NCBI RefSeq assembly: GCF_018350175.1
Contig: NC_058368.1
Coordinates: forward strand, 203,300,001-203,364,000
Reading direction: 5' to 3'
Origin: Felis catus
Taxonomy: Eukaryota
Length of the DNA: 64,000 nucleotides
In this document: piece after piece, positions 11,526 to 24,700 of the stretch
Layout: every line of letters starts with the position of its first letter
How positions within the stretch are numbered: position 1 is the first letter of the stretch
Program-made: the position numbers and the translations under genes
Notes under the pieces: model-generated
The model's database searches: none
Told to the model about the DNA's origin: nothing
The model's input: only the letters and a program-made list of their open reading frames with translations

Positions 11526-12949
11526 ATAATAAACAAGCAAGGATATCTAATATTAAAATAGTAATAGGCCTATGACTTTATTTCAAAGTTCCCAAGTTTT
11601 TTGAAATATTAGTAAAAAATATGTTACTAACAATACTGCCCTCCTCCTCTGTTAGCAATTTCTCTGGCAAATGTTGATTTCTCATAACGATAGTACTGCC
11701 ACTCCTCTCCCCCCTCCCTCCTACATCCTCACATGCCACTGATAGGCTGTCTGTCCAGTTACCTATGATTTTCAGAGATTGATAATGCCTACTGAAGAAA
11801 CCATGTGTTTTCCACCAATCACCTTTTCTGTACCTAACAGAGAACTTCCCTGACTTTCTTGGTGCTACCGGGATTCTTGTTGGACTAGCCAATATTTTCA
11901 TTATACTCTACCTCTTTTCATGAAATAGTGAAATACTAACGATTTTAAAAAATTATTACTTTATTGACTTCATCATCAATAGGAGAAAGGACAGACTTAC
12001 CATAGCTCATGGGGTTGGATGTATAATTTTCCTTAAATGGTCACATTCTCCTATTCTCTGGCACTCATAATTTATAAGAACCTGCTTAGAATACATGGTA
12101 CTTCCCAATGGAAAACAAACAAACAAACAAACAAAACCAGTTTTGCACATAATTTCTGCTTTTATTACCTCCAAAATCACTTGGAGATATTGAGTTTAGA
12201 TATATGCAACTAGCAAGAATTAAATATATATGGAAACTACCAATAGTGAGTTTCTAAATATTTCATCTAATATGAATTCAAAATCTTACAAGTCCTTGAG
12301 GCTAAAATCAGCAATGTATTCAAAGTTAGGATGAAACAGATGTTTAATCCTTCCACCAAGCTTCAGTTTCAGCATCCCACAAAAGATTATTGACTATGCT
12401 TTACAGATTTGTTACACCTTACTCTGTAAAAAAGATTAACTCTAAATTGAAATTTTGTCGTGCATCTTTATTTAAGGAAATCATTTGAGTTAAACTAATT
12501 TATACCCGCCATTATTATTAATTAATGAGATTTCACTATGTCTGTAATGATTAAATCTAATTCCTGGCAAAAGCAGGCTAGAAAGAGGCCCAACCAGACA
12601 GTTCACGGATCAGGATAGATTATGTGACTCTGATATCTATGTTTATGGGAGGTAGAAATGATAGCAAGTCCATGATTGTGGAGGTGGAAGTGAACTTAAA
12701 ATGGCAAACCATGCCCAGAAAGATTATGTCCTACAAAATACCTAGACTAAATCCAGGATATAAAATGGCAACAATCAACTGAGGAACCTGGGAGAGATGT
12801 TTTTATGGCAATGCTACATCTGCATAACTAAGGATGTTAAGAAAAGGAGTAAGAAGTTATACACACACACATACACACATGCACACACACATATATAATT
12901 ATATACATATATATAGTATAATTTTCAGTATATTTGCCAGAAAAGTGAG

Positions 12950-14030
12950 TGAGAATCTATGAAATAATACAAAAAAGGTAGATAGGAGCCAAATGATCAC
13001 AATAGGAATTTTTAGTTTTATTCCAAGTAAATGGAAGTCATAATTCTTTTAAGCAAGAGACCACCATGATCTGGCTTACAATTTTAATAGAACAGTCTGT
13101 TTCCTTTGGATAAAACAAATTGGGAGGGCATGTATATAAGCATGGAGATGTGCAAAGCAGTTGTTCAGGTGAAAGACTAGAATGGTGGCAGTAGAAATAA
13201 GTGGAGAAAAACTCGTGGGTTTTAGGTATATTTTGGACAGATACACAAGAACTTGTTGAAAGACTAATGTATCTGATGAAAGATGGTGAGAGAAAAGGAG
13301 TATTTTTAGCTTTCTGCCTTGCTTGCTTGCTTGAGTAGATGGGGATGGCATTAACTGAGATGTGGACGACTGGATGAGAAACAGATTTTGTAGGTTAGTA
13401 CATTTTGAACATGATAACTTTGAGTCATTCATCACATAGACAGTTGTATATACAAATATGGAGCTCAGTGGATGATCTGGCCTAGAAATATCAACATAAA
13501 ACAAGAAAATCATCAGTATTGATTGTATTTAAAGTCAAAAGGCTTGATGATATCACCTAGGCAAAGAGTATAAATGAAAAAAAAAAAAAGAACAGAACGC
13601 AGGAAAGAAAATTGAGGAACTCCAACATAAAAAGTCAAGGTTGAAGTAGATACAAGATGAATAGGATAAACTGAAAAGGAGATAAGGAGCCAGTGATGTC
13701 AAAAATGACAAGGAGAGTATTTTAAAGAGTTGTCTTTAAGTAGTTGACTGTGTATAACATTGCTGAGAAATCGAGGGAGATAAAGACTGAGATATGTCAT
13801 TGGAATTGTCATATGATGGTTTTGGTGACTTTGGAAAGAGATGCTTCAAAGGTGGTGGGATAAAAGTGAAAATAAAATGGCTCAGAATCTGAATGGGAGG
13901 TGAAGGTGTGGATATTACAAGTATAGATCATTTATTTAAAAGGCTTTGCTGTGATGCTAAGCACAGAAATGGACAGCAGCTAGAAGAAAAAATGGCGTTA
14001 AAAGGAAGCTTTTTTAAATGTCTATTTATT

Positions 14031-14088
<58 letters not shown>

Positions 14089-15300
14089 GGGAAGGGACAA
14101 AGAGAGGAAAACACAGAATCCAAAGCAGACTCCAGGCTCTGAGCTGTCAGCACAGAGCCTGACACAGGGCTCAAACCCACAAACCATGAGATCACGACCT
14201 GAGCTGAAGTTGGATGCCCAACCAACTGAGCCACCCAGATGCCCCAAGGAAGCTAATTTTTTAAGGGTGGAACAAATGAAAACATTTTAAATTATGATGG
14301 GAATAACTCAATAGAAAGGAAATACTGATGCTGCATAAAATACAAGAGATGATTATAGAGGCAAAATCCTTGTGAGAACAAGAAGTGATGGGATCCATTT
14401 CATTTGACAGGAGCATTTGCAAGTGATAACTTAAAATAAGACCAGTCAAACCATTTATATCATTTTATTCGATAATAATCACAATGATAAAGCAGAAACT
14501 TGGATCCAAAGAGGGTCAGAGTGTTTCAGGTAGGGGAACTTAGTGTATTCGCAAGCAAATATTGCAATAATGAATCATGGAATTGGACAAAAGTGAAGAC
14601 AGGAGGGAATGATAGTCATTGAAAAAGTGATGAAGTGAGTGGATTGGTTTAGAGGCCTCTCAATGTGGCAGAAGAATTGCTGCAACAAGCTGAAAATAAA
14701 GAAAATAGTGATCAGATTGGGAAATACTTGAAATCAGGATTTCAAACATGGTGCCCTTACTAGTGATAAAGTAACCCAGGGCATGGATTTGGGAGTGAGT
14801 GGCTAAGCCTACTGAAAAGATTGTAGCATGTAAGGCAGATAAGGAAATGATTGACTATTGTGATATATATCACTCCCTTGGATGCTAGAGTCATCAGGAA
14901 TATGACAGGGCTGTGGGTAGAAAAGAGTATGAGAGCCCTCAGTCAGTGGGGGGGAGTGACCAGGGGCCTAGAGAGCAGCTATATGAGGTGCAAAGTTGGA
15001 TGAAATGCAGGTTAAAAGACCTAGGGTTTTAGAAGGAGGAAGAAGGAAATGAAGTGGCTTCAAAGCAGCAATGGGCAGCAAGGGGTCATCTAACATAATG
15101 CCAGGTCCTGGGGAAACAAAAAATAGCCTCCATCTGAAAAGTCCTCAGGGGAAGCAGCTTAATCTGGTTTTAGTCAAGGCAAAACGGAGAAATAAAGATT
15201 TGGAAGAGGATGGGGATATAGGAGATGGTATTGATCACAGATGGGATGTTTCTGGGAGTATAAAAACGATCTGGAAGGGGTGGGAGGCTGGACGATGGGT
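12950..15300 (-). mobile_element. L2 LINE, long degenerate fragment interrupted by a SINEC
   Basis: G/A-rich antisense L2 signature (aagactagaatggtggcagtagaaat, gatggcattaactgagatg, ttggtgactttggaaagag). Confidence 0.7.
14010..14246 (-). mobile_element. SINEC with expanded (GA)n
   Basis: Antisense body; (GA)n at 14033-14080; TSD aaggaagct. Confidence 0.95.
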
Positions 15301-17302
15301 CAGATTCAAGAATGACAATGGCAGCATTAGAGTAAGAAAAGGCAAGACAGTGCACACCCTGCAAGGCTCAGGATTCTTGAGCTGCCACAAGGAAAACCAA
15401 GAGGTGACATATGATGCTGTTAGTTCTGATAGCTAAATCACACAAAGGTAGCCCATGATGCCACAAGGACCTGGTCACCGTTACCTCCTGCAGTTCTGGA
15501 TAGCCTAAGGATTTTAGGCCACATCAATTTTATATTACGTATTACAAAATTAAACAATTTTAAGTCAAGCATGTCAGCTAGAAGCTAATTTGTTTTTTTC
15601 TTTCATATGTCACCCTTTATGAAACATATTAAACCCTTCCCCTTCTTTGACAGGACAGAGGAAATTTTATTTTTTTAATTTAGTCAGGGTTCAGACTCCG
15701 GTTTATATGTTTATCTCTCCTTGTTTTTATTTTCCCAGAGGAAACTACCTATACCCTACTTCTCTTCTCAAAAATTCTAATGTAGAAATGGTATTCTCGT
15801 CACTTTTCTTTTATTGAGTCACCCTGAGAAGTGATTTAATACACTGATGCCATGCCAGTTATGTGGGTTTGGAATTGGGTATCTCTACAGTTTCATCAGT
15901 GATGCTATCCCCAGACTATTGATTCCTCTCAGGAAATTTAAATCTCTGAACAGCAACTGATGACACTAGGAAGAATTGCAGGGTCGGTAGTCCATGAGTT
16001 CATCAAATGTTCTAGTCAGAGCACTGGCTCGTTTTTCCCTCTAATGCAGATATCTTTTTACTCATCTGATATTAGGTGAGACATCCTATCTCAATGAACT
16101 ACCCAGCTTCCCACTTGTGCACAGAACGTAGGGAAAAACCAATTTCCTCGAGGCTGTGACTCGCAGGCGGTGGGGGATTTTATGACAAATGGTTGGCTCC
16201 AATGATCTCTCAAGAAAATCACTTGTCTCCAGTCAGAAATCTCCTTCGTTTATTTCAAGATAGAGTGATACATCCCTTCAGTGTGTCTCTTCATTTGAAT
16301 CGGCAGCAAATAGAAACTAACATCAAACCGTGTAGGTGGCGACACTTGAACTGGGTCTGAAGACATGGAAAGGAGCTCTGAAAATAGGGCAGGTTGACTT
16401 AGTGCCTGCAGACTAACGGGTGCCTTAAAAAAGATGACATATTCAGGAATGAACGGAAGTTCAGTGTGGTCATAGCAAGCAGTACGTGTGTGCGTTTTGG
16501 GAAAGAGGAAAGATCTCTGGAAGCAGGAGTTACCACACAAAAAAAGTGAATTTTCCTATGTCAAGTCTATCACGTCAACTGGGTTGACTTTTTAAAAAAC
16601 GAGTCCATCATTTGATTATATTGACAAGTTGACTGAATGAGAATGACAAAACTCATTGAGAATGAGGGTATTAAACATAGTTGCCTTAAGTCTATCATGA
16701 CTCTGCTTAGCATTAATCTCTGTGGAAACAAAGCAAGCAACACATTAGGCCTCTTTTGAGCTTTTGGCAATTTGTACTAACACTTCTTGCATTTAGTCTT
16801 TAAGTATAAACTAGGGATCTGAGCTGGGTAGATCTCTATAGTATATGCAAATGTTGTTACTGAATTGAGTAGTCAGTTCACATATGTGCCCCCCCCCCAC
16901 ATTATTAACTTACATATATATCATTAACCAAGCTAATCACTTAACCTCTTATTTTAGTAGAATTCCTCTAATTGAATTTACAATATATCATTATTTGAGA
17001 TAATGAGTAATGAAATTAGAATAGATTTATAAAACAAATCCCAAATACTTTATATTTCTGATTTTCACAAGTTTGGATAATTTCTGCATTGATTCTCTAC
17101 CACAGAGGTGAATATTCCAACTTAGTCTCACAGGCATGTATTCTAGGGTGCTACTTAAAACCCACCAAACACCGTCATGTTTTCTTCTTATCCAGACGTT
17201 TTTAAATATATAAAAAACTAGTGATTCTAACATTTTTAAATACGTAAGTCCTAATTTTCATTTGCAAATAGTGAAGATTTCTTTAGAATTGAGGCATATT
17301 TA

Positions 17303-17513
17303 GGGGCACCTGGGGGGTTCAGTCGATTGAGCATGGGAGTTGATCTCACAGTTTGTAGGTTCGAGCCCCACGTTGGGCTCTGTGCTGATATCTCAGAGCC
17401 TGGAGCGGGCTTCAGATTCTGTGTCTCCTTCTCTCTCTGCTCCTCCCCCACTCATGCTCTGTCTCTCTCTGTTTCTCAAAAATAAATAAATGTAAACAAA
17501 AAAATTTTTTTAA
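17303..17513 (+). mobile_element. SINEC (older)
   Basis: Typical body; 5' TSD agaattgaggcatattta. Confidence 0.95.
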
Positions 17514-17524
17514 AGAATTGAGGA

Positions 17525-17752
17525 GGGGCGCCTGGGTGGCACAGTCGGTTAAGCGTCCAACTTCAGCCAGGTCACGATCTCGCGGTCCGGGAGTTTGAGC
17601 CCCGCGTCGGGCTCTGGGCTAATGGCTCAGAGCCTGGAGCCTGTTTCCGATTCTGTATCTCCCTCTCTCTCTGCCCCTCCCCCGTTCATGCTCTGTCTCT
17701 CTCTGTCCCAAAAATAAATAAACGTTGAAAAAAAAAAATTAAAAAAAAAAAA
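17525..17752 (+). mobile_element. SINEC_Fc (young)
   Basis: CpG-rich near-consensus copy; TSD aaagaattgagga. Confidence 0.95.
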
Positions 17753-18504
17753 GAATTGAGGAATATTTAAAGTCATGGCCTTTTTCTGGTAAAATGTGAA
17801 TAAAACATTATCTAAAATTATATTGGGAATTGTAAACTTTCTCTTTTTTTCTGTGAATAACTGGAACACTAACATGACCTTAAAAATAATTTTGGTTTTT
17901 CTGACGCCCAGCATAGCTCAGAAAGCAGAAGCATGAGATCAAAGATTCAATAGGAAAATGAAGACAGAAGGGCACGCTGCATAGAAGACCGGGTGTGAGT
18001 AGGTTTGTGGCAGGTGAGGGTAAGAAGCCGGGTCTCAGGCCAACTGCACTAGCGAAAGAGACCCAGGTTTAGGACATGAAGCAAGGATGAAAGCCAGTGC
18101 AGTTCTCCGCTTGTCCTTTGCCACAGCCTGAATGCCAAAAGGCCACAGGAGAGCGGAACAGAACAGCCAGCGTATCAGCTGCGGAGCTCACAGCCGGATA
18201 TCCAAACCTCACTCTACTGATTACCGACTGGCTCTACGGTTGGGAGAAGGTTACTCGGCGCTCAAGCCCCTTTATTCTTATCTGTGTAAACGAGATAATA
18301 ACAGAACTGAACTTTTTAGTAAAATGTGAAGAATAAATCATCTAACCGATTGAAGTGGACACATGGTAAATAGCATGTAAATTCTCAGTACGTGTTAGAG
18401 CAGTGTTATTATTTTTTAATCACATAATCTAGTAAGGTGGCATCAAAGTGAGAAGAAGGGATAGTAAGTCTATTCTATGCAGGTGGAGAAAAATAACCCC
18501 TCCT

Positions 18505-18958
18505 GGATTCATTAGCGCTGCCTTAACAAAGTGCAACAAACTGGGTGGCTTAAGCAACAGGAACTCATATTGTCTCATAATTCTGGAGACCGGAAGTCTC
18601 AGCTCAACGTGTCAGCAGGGTTGGTTCCCTCCGAGAACTATGGCAGAATCTCTCCATGCCTCTTCCAAGCTCCTGGTGGTTTGCTGGCAACCTTTGTGGT
18701 TTTCTTGTAGTCCCTTCACCCTGATCGTGCTTCTGTGCTCGCATGCATTCTCCCCGTGTGCAGGCCTGTGTTCAAATTTCCCCTTTTTGTAAAGACACCA
18801 GTAATGCTAGATGAGGGGCCCACCTTACTCCACTATGGCCTCATCCTAACTAATTACACCTGCAAAGACTCTCTTTCCAAGCAAAGTCACGTTCTGAGCT
18901 ACCGAAGGATGGAACTTCAATGTACGAACATTGGGGAAATACAATTCAACCCATAACA
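18505..18958. mobile_element. MLT1B/C-like MaLR solo LTR
   Basis: gctgccttaacaaagtgcaacaaactgggtggcttaagcaacag...gggaaatacaattcaacccataaca. Confidence 0.85.
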
Positions 18959-19224
18959 CCTCCCTCTGGAACACTCCTCATAGGTGGTCGCACCTGCTCA
19001 TATAGTCCTTATTATATTCTATTTGCACAGCTTCTTTTCATTGTCTAATGGCCAAGGTTCCCTTCTCATGGGATCACAGGTTAGACCATTACATTAAGAA
19101 TATATGAATATGGAATGAAACTGTTTGCTTAAACATGTAAATGGAATAATGAAAGGTATTGAGACTCCAGGCCAAGTGTAGGTGATAGAGAGGATCTACA
19201 TTACCCATAATCATTTGCTCTTAA

Positions 19225-19390
19225 CCTCTTTAAAAGTTTATTGAAAGCTAAGGACTTCTTTCCTCAGAATACAAGTGCACATGAAAACATGCATCGTTTT
19301 ATATACAATCTCTGAAAATTACTGGATCACCTCTTAAAGTCTTGTTTAACCCGCTAGGGGTTTGCTAAACCCAGATTAAGACTCTTTGGA
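19225..19390. mobile_element. MER103C-like hAT fragment
   Basis: tgaaagctaaggacttctttcctcagaatacaagtgcac...cccagattaagactct. Confidence 0.45.
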
Positions 19391-19397
19391 CTATATC

Positions 19398-19607
19398 TTG
19401 GTCTCTCAATCTTGCCACAGTTGAAATTTTGTACCAGATAAATCTTTGTTGTGAAAGGCTGTCCTGTGCATGGTAGGATGTTTAACAGCATCCCCGGCCT
19501 CTAGCCACTAAATGCTAGTAGCATCCCTCTAGTTGTGACAATCAATAATATCTCCAGACATTACCAGGTATCCCCTAGGGGGCAAAATCACTCCATTTGA
19601 GAACCAT
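19398..19607 (-). mobile_element. MER20 DNA transposon
   Basis: ggctgtcctgtgcatggtaggatgtttaacagcatccccggcctcta...tctccagacattaccaggtatcccctagggggcaaaatcactccatttgagaacca. Confidence 0.9.
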
Positions 19608-20448
19608 TCGTCTACTTAGAGGGTTGGTCCTTGCCCTCAAATCAGTTTACACAAACATTTGGTAAAAGCTGCTCTACATTGCCAAGAACAGTGTTAAAGA
19701 AATAAGTAAATAAGAGACCCAGTTACCACTAGACTGAGGGTGTCCAGAAAATATGCACTTGTGTGTTTGTTTGTCCATTGTACTATCTTCAGAGAATAAA
19801 GGGTGCGTGGCACTCTGTGAGTGTCCAGGAAGTATTTGTTTATGTGCTTGTAGTTGTTTGACCTGTGGCCATTCACAGGGGGTGAGACCGAAAATTAAGC
19901 ATCTAATTATAAATGTTACCCAAATATGCTTCCTTTAGCGTTGTGGGGGTGCTGGAAGTAACCTGAATATTTATGTGTGTAATAATACTGTATGACTTGG
20001 ATGGAAAGGAACTATGAGTGCATAGACAACTGTTCGGTCTGTTCAAGGCTGGGAACCTGTTTGTGGGCCTAGAATATACGCTGGCAAAGAAGGGTGTGTG
20101 AGGGGGTATATATGTTAAATGTCCCTCTTTAAAACAAATTTTAAACGGTATTTTTCTACCAATAAAAGAGCATAAGTTATTATATTTAAGTTTCAAACCT
20201 AAATTAAAACAGGACTATAGAAATATTTCCATACGATGCTTAAAAAATCCAATGTGCCTTAAAATAAATATCACATCAGTAGAATATTATAACATTTTAA
20301 TTTCCAGGAAGTTAATTACTATCATTGTAGTAATTGCCCAGGTTTGTCTAAGTTTGGAAGCTAGTGGTGCATTTAACATTCTGCAATGATCTGTCATTAA
20401 ATCATGTGAGTTGACAGGGAGAGTTGTTGTTCTAGATCATCACTAACA

Positions 20449-20810
20449 CAACTTCCTATAATAATGGAAAGGTTTTATATCTGCACTGTCCCATGCAGTA
20501 GCTATGAAGCACTTGAAATACAGCTAGTGCAACTGGGTGACTAAATTTTATTACATTTTAAATAATTGAAATTTATTTTTTATTTTTTTAAGTGTTTATT
20601 TTTGAGAGAGAGCACACACAAGCGGGGAAAGGGCAAAGAGAAGGGGACAGAGGATCCGAAGTGGGCTCCACACTGACAGCAGTGAGCTGGATGTGGGGCT
20701 TGAACTCAGGAACCTTCAGATCATGACCTGAGCCGAAGTCAGACACTCAACCAACTGAGCCATCCAGATGCCCCAGTGAATTGAAATTTAAATGACCACA
20801 TATGTCTAGG
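20449..20810. mobile_element. MER3-like hAT element split by a SINEC
   Basis: aataatggaaaggttttatatctgcactgtccc...gcacttgaaatacagctagtgcaact. Confidence 0.65.
20575..20774 (-). mobile_element. SINEC
   Basis: Antisense body; TSD aattgaaattta. Confidence 0.95.
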
Positions 20811-21176
20811 AGATAGCTCTAAATGGCTGGGAATCTGTGCTCAAGGAGCAATTTCATTTTATCTGATCTGATGCAATGTAAAGGAATGGAATGACTTATG
20901 TGAGGAGAAAAGGATAACCAGAACACAAATATGCCAGGAAAAGAAAGAATGGAGAAAAACAAAGAAAATAATTTCACACACACACACAAAAAAACAGATC
21001 AAAAAGAAACAGCCCATGGCTTTCAGAGCCCTTCTTGATAAAAGTTATCATTCTTATAATTTGGATAAGGCCATGGACTTCCTCACTTTCTTTGTGATTC
21101 TTGGGCTGATTAAGGCTCTAACCACTGCCCTACTAACAACTTAGTGCCTGGCCTCCTCTCAAGAAGTACTGCCCAA

Positions 21177-21389
21177 GGGCGGTTATGTGGCTCAGTCGGT
21201 TATGCGTCTGACTCTTGATGTTGGCTCAGGTTGTGATCTTCCACTCATAAGATTGAGACTCACATCGAACACTGCACAGAATGTGGAGCCTGCTTGAAAT
21301 TCTCTCCCTTTCTCTCTGCCCCTCCCCCACTCACATGCGCCCTCTCTCACTCTCTCTCTCAAAAATAAATAAATGTTACAAAAAAAAAA
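21177..21389 (+). mobile_element. SINEC (diverged)
   Basis: Typical body; TSD aagtactgcccaag / aagtactatcccaag. Confidence 0.9.
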
Positions 21390-22576
21390 GTACTATCCCA
21401 AGTCACACATAGTACCCCTAGAAAGAAAATGTTAGTAATCGTTGGGATCCCCAAGTGAGACCTGCATTAGTTGGAGGTACAACATGGCATTGCCCCCTGG
21501 CTGGCTGGTAGGCTATGGGTTGAAAAATCAAGTCTAGTTTTTATTCTTAAAGGGGCTGTCTGAGGGTAGGAGGTCCAAAATGTCCTGTTTGTCCAAACCA
21601 CCAGCCAGGGGCCATTCATCTGAACCCCCAAATGACTGAGCAACAGACATAGGTCTGGAGGTGGCAGGGGCTTTGTATGGGAAATGTAAGAGCTAGAGCC
21701 ATTCCCAACTTGCTCTGATAGACCACTCAGGAAGGTCAAGGGGAATGGTGGTCAAATTATGGTCAAAGTTATTTGGCAAGAGATGAAAGACACATCATTC
21801 TTACTGTCCCTCCCCCATACCTCCTGGGGTGTCAGTTACTCCTTCCGTAGGCCTGGGGGATGTTGTTCTCCATCCACCACTACAAAATCAGAGTGTTCCA
21901 TTCTAGTTCATTTTTCCCTACTTCTCTTCTTCTTGCACTCAGAAGTGTTTGTCCAGAGGGTCTGGTGCATGAGGAACAAGAGCACTTTTGTAAACTGACA
22001 GGGATTCAGTATGTCTTCCATTTAGGCTCAGGTAGAGGGACCTAATGAGAACTGTATTCGATCAAGTGGCCATTGCCCTTATGATCTAGGACCAGAACAA
22101 TACAGCAGGAGAATACAGCTGCTGAACTAGATGGAAGTTGGAAATCTCTTCGCCCTCTTTTGGGTGAGCTGCCATCTGAATAATGTTCCAACTAACCTTG
22201 TGACTAGGGTTGCTAATAGGGGAAATAAGACACATCAGACCTAGCAATAGTCAGGGTGCAATTCCAGTTTTTCAGAGTAGGTGTATATAACCCTCCATTC
22301 CTTTAGTCCTAATCATTATGCAGAAAGCAGCAGAAAGGAGATGACTCTTCTCAGAGGCCAGATTCTGGAGGCAACGAACTCCAACCTTCCGGAGCCCAGA
22401 TCTTGCAGCTGTGGAATGGGGCAGCAATCACTGGGCTGGGCAGGGCCCAGGGCTCTGGGGACCCAGGGGCTGGCAACTGATCCAGGATAGTCCACACAAT
22501 GGGAATTAGCATCGCCTGTGAGCCCAACTTTGGGCCACTGGCATGTACTCTATTGGTTCATCAGAATTCAATTCTA

Positions 22577-22775
22577 GGGGTGCCTGGGTGGCTCAGAATT
22601 GGTGTCCAATTCTTGATTTTGGATCAGGTCTTGATCTCACAGTTCATGAGACAGAGCCCTGTGTGGGGCTGTCAGCACAGAGCCTGCTTGGGATTCTCTC
22701 TCTCTCCCTCTGTCTCTGCCCCTCCCCTGCTCATACTCTGTCTCTGTCTCTCTCTCTCTCAAAATAAATAAACTT
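22577..22775 (+). mobile_element. SINEC
   Basis: Typical body; TSD agaatt(c)aattcta. Confidence 0.95.
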
Positions 22776-22990
22776 GAGAATTAATTCTAAAACAAAAACC
22801 TGAAGACAAAATTTTTAAGCATTTTGTGACAGTGACCACAGAGCATTTAAACTTCAATCAGTAGACCTGTTTGCATGGACACTGACCCTATCTGTTATTG
22901 CCCCTTCACTTATAACCTGCTCTACAATGTGAAACTCCCTCCTGTCAGTTCCTGTAAGACCCTCCCTTGACCTAGATTACTTTGGTTTGC

Positions 22991-23212
22991 TTTATTTTTT
23001 TTTTAATTTTTTTTAATTTAAAAAAAATTTTAACATTTGCGTATTTTTGACAGACAGGGAGAGTGTGAATGGAGGAGGGGCAGAGAGAGAGGGAGACACA
23101 GAATCTGGAGCAGACTCCAGGCTCTGAGCTGGAGCCCCTAATGTGGGGCTTGAATTTACAACCCGGAGATCAAGAGTCGCATGCTCTACCTACTGAGCCA
23201 GCCAGGTGCCCC
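22991..23212 (-). mobile_element. SINEC
   Basis: Antisense body with T tail. Confidence 0.9.
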
Positions 23213-23636
23213 TCTTCAGTGTCCTTTAAGGTTGAGCCTTAGGTGTTAACCTCTTCCACAATGCTTCTGCTATCTCTGGAGGTGATTGACAGGGACTGCT
23301 CTGTGTTTTTGTAGCACCACTCATTTCCTCTATCAGAGCACCAGTCACTGTGATGTGATTGTCCATTCACTGGTCTGCTTTTCTTCCTAGACTGTAAACC
23401 TCTGTAACGAGAGGTGGATAAGTATTTGCTGAACGAGTAGATCTTTTTAGGTAAATTGCTAACTAAGAGTTTACAGTACAGTTTTCAACATTTAATCAAA
23501 CCCTTATTTTGTTTGATACAACAAGCATTACATTCTATAGAAAAATCACTAGTGAATATCAATAGCTTTGTCAGGTTTTGGTCGATTTAATCTTAAAACC
23601 CAAGTGGCATGATCATTTCAAGGAAAAATAACATTC

Positions 23637-23985
23637 GGGTTTTTTTAAATTTATTTAAATTCAAGTCAGTTAACATACAGTGTGGTATTGGTTTCAGGAG
23701 CAGAACCCAGTGATTCATCACTTACATATAACACCCGGTGCTCATCCCAACAAGTGCCCTCCTTAATGCCCATCACCCATTGAGCCCATCCCCCCAACTT
23801 CCCTTCTAGCAACCCTCAGTTTGTTCTCTTTATTTAAAAGTCTCTTATGATTTGCCTTCCTCTCTGTTTTATCTTACTTTTCCTTCCCTTCCCCTGTGTT
23901 CATTTGTTTTCTTTCTTACATTCCACATATACGTGAAATCTTATGATATTTGTCTTTGAATGATTTATTTCACTTAGCATAATAT
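23637..23985 (-). mobile_element. Carnivore L1 3' end
   Basis: ttcatcacttacatataacacccggtgctcatcccaacaagtgccctccttaatgcccatcaccca is an antisense L1_Carn/L1_Fc 3' UTR. Confidence 0.9.
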
Positions 23986-24059
23986 TGAACATGCCCATAA
24001 TCTGGGTGGTATGCTTTTGGAATCCTTAGCCAACCAAGAAAGTTTTTCTGTTGTCATCA

Positions 24060-24700
24060 CAAAATGATTATTTGCCTGAGGATATAACTCTGATTATAGA
24101 TTTTGCTTCAAAACTTCATAGATTTTTGTTTCATTGGCATCTGGCTTTTAATGTTGCAAAGAAGCCTGGGTCTTAACCTGAATGTTACTTGTTTGTACAC
24201 AACCTCATTTTCTTCCCGCTTGCTTACTGAAGGTTTAACCTCTTCTTGAAATGAAAAAAGTTCCAAATGTCTTTTTACTTGTGGGTCAACATTCACTTTC
24301 TCTTTTCTGAAAGAAACCAGTCCTTTCAGTTTTCACACTTAAAAAATATTTTTTAAGGGGCAGTTTTTTATACATACTAATGAGCACATTGAGCATTCTC
24401 TTCCAATTTTTATTGTTCTTTATAATTCTGTTTGCTGTACTATTACTTTCATTTCCATTGTTTTGATCTTATTCTTCCTTTCCTCTGTATTCAGACTCAA
24501 TGTGCTTATTATCAAGCTCATTCTGCTTATGATAGTTCTTATATTTTCTGATGTGAATTTTTTCTATAATTTGCTTTTAGTCTAGATACAATCTTTATCG
24601 TAGGCATTTACTTTTTGTACTTTTGGTTATTATTTAATCTCAATCATTTCCCTTTTTATGACTTTCAACTCCATAGAGTTTACACTGTGTAGCACAATTC
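24060..24700 (-). mobile_element. HAL1 or old L1 ORF1-region fragment
   Basis: T-rich degenerate antisense L1-ORF1-like sequence. Confidence 0.45.

Noticed and set aside
13076..15436. 145-aa and 121-aa ORFs
   Set aside because: They lie in or overlap degenerate L2 sequence and look like chance open frames.
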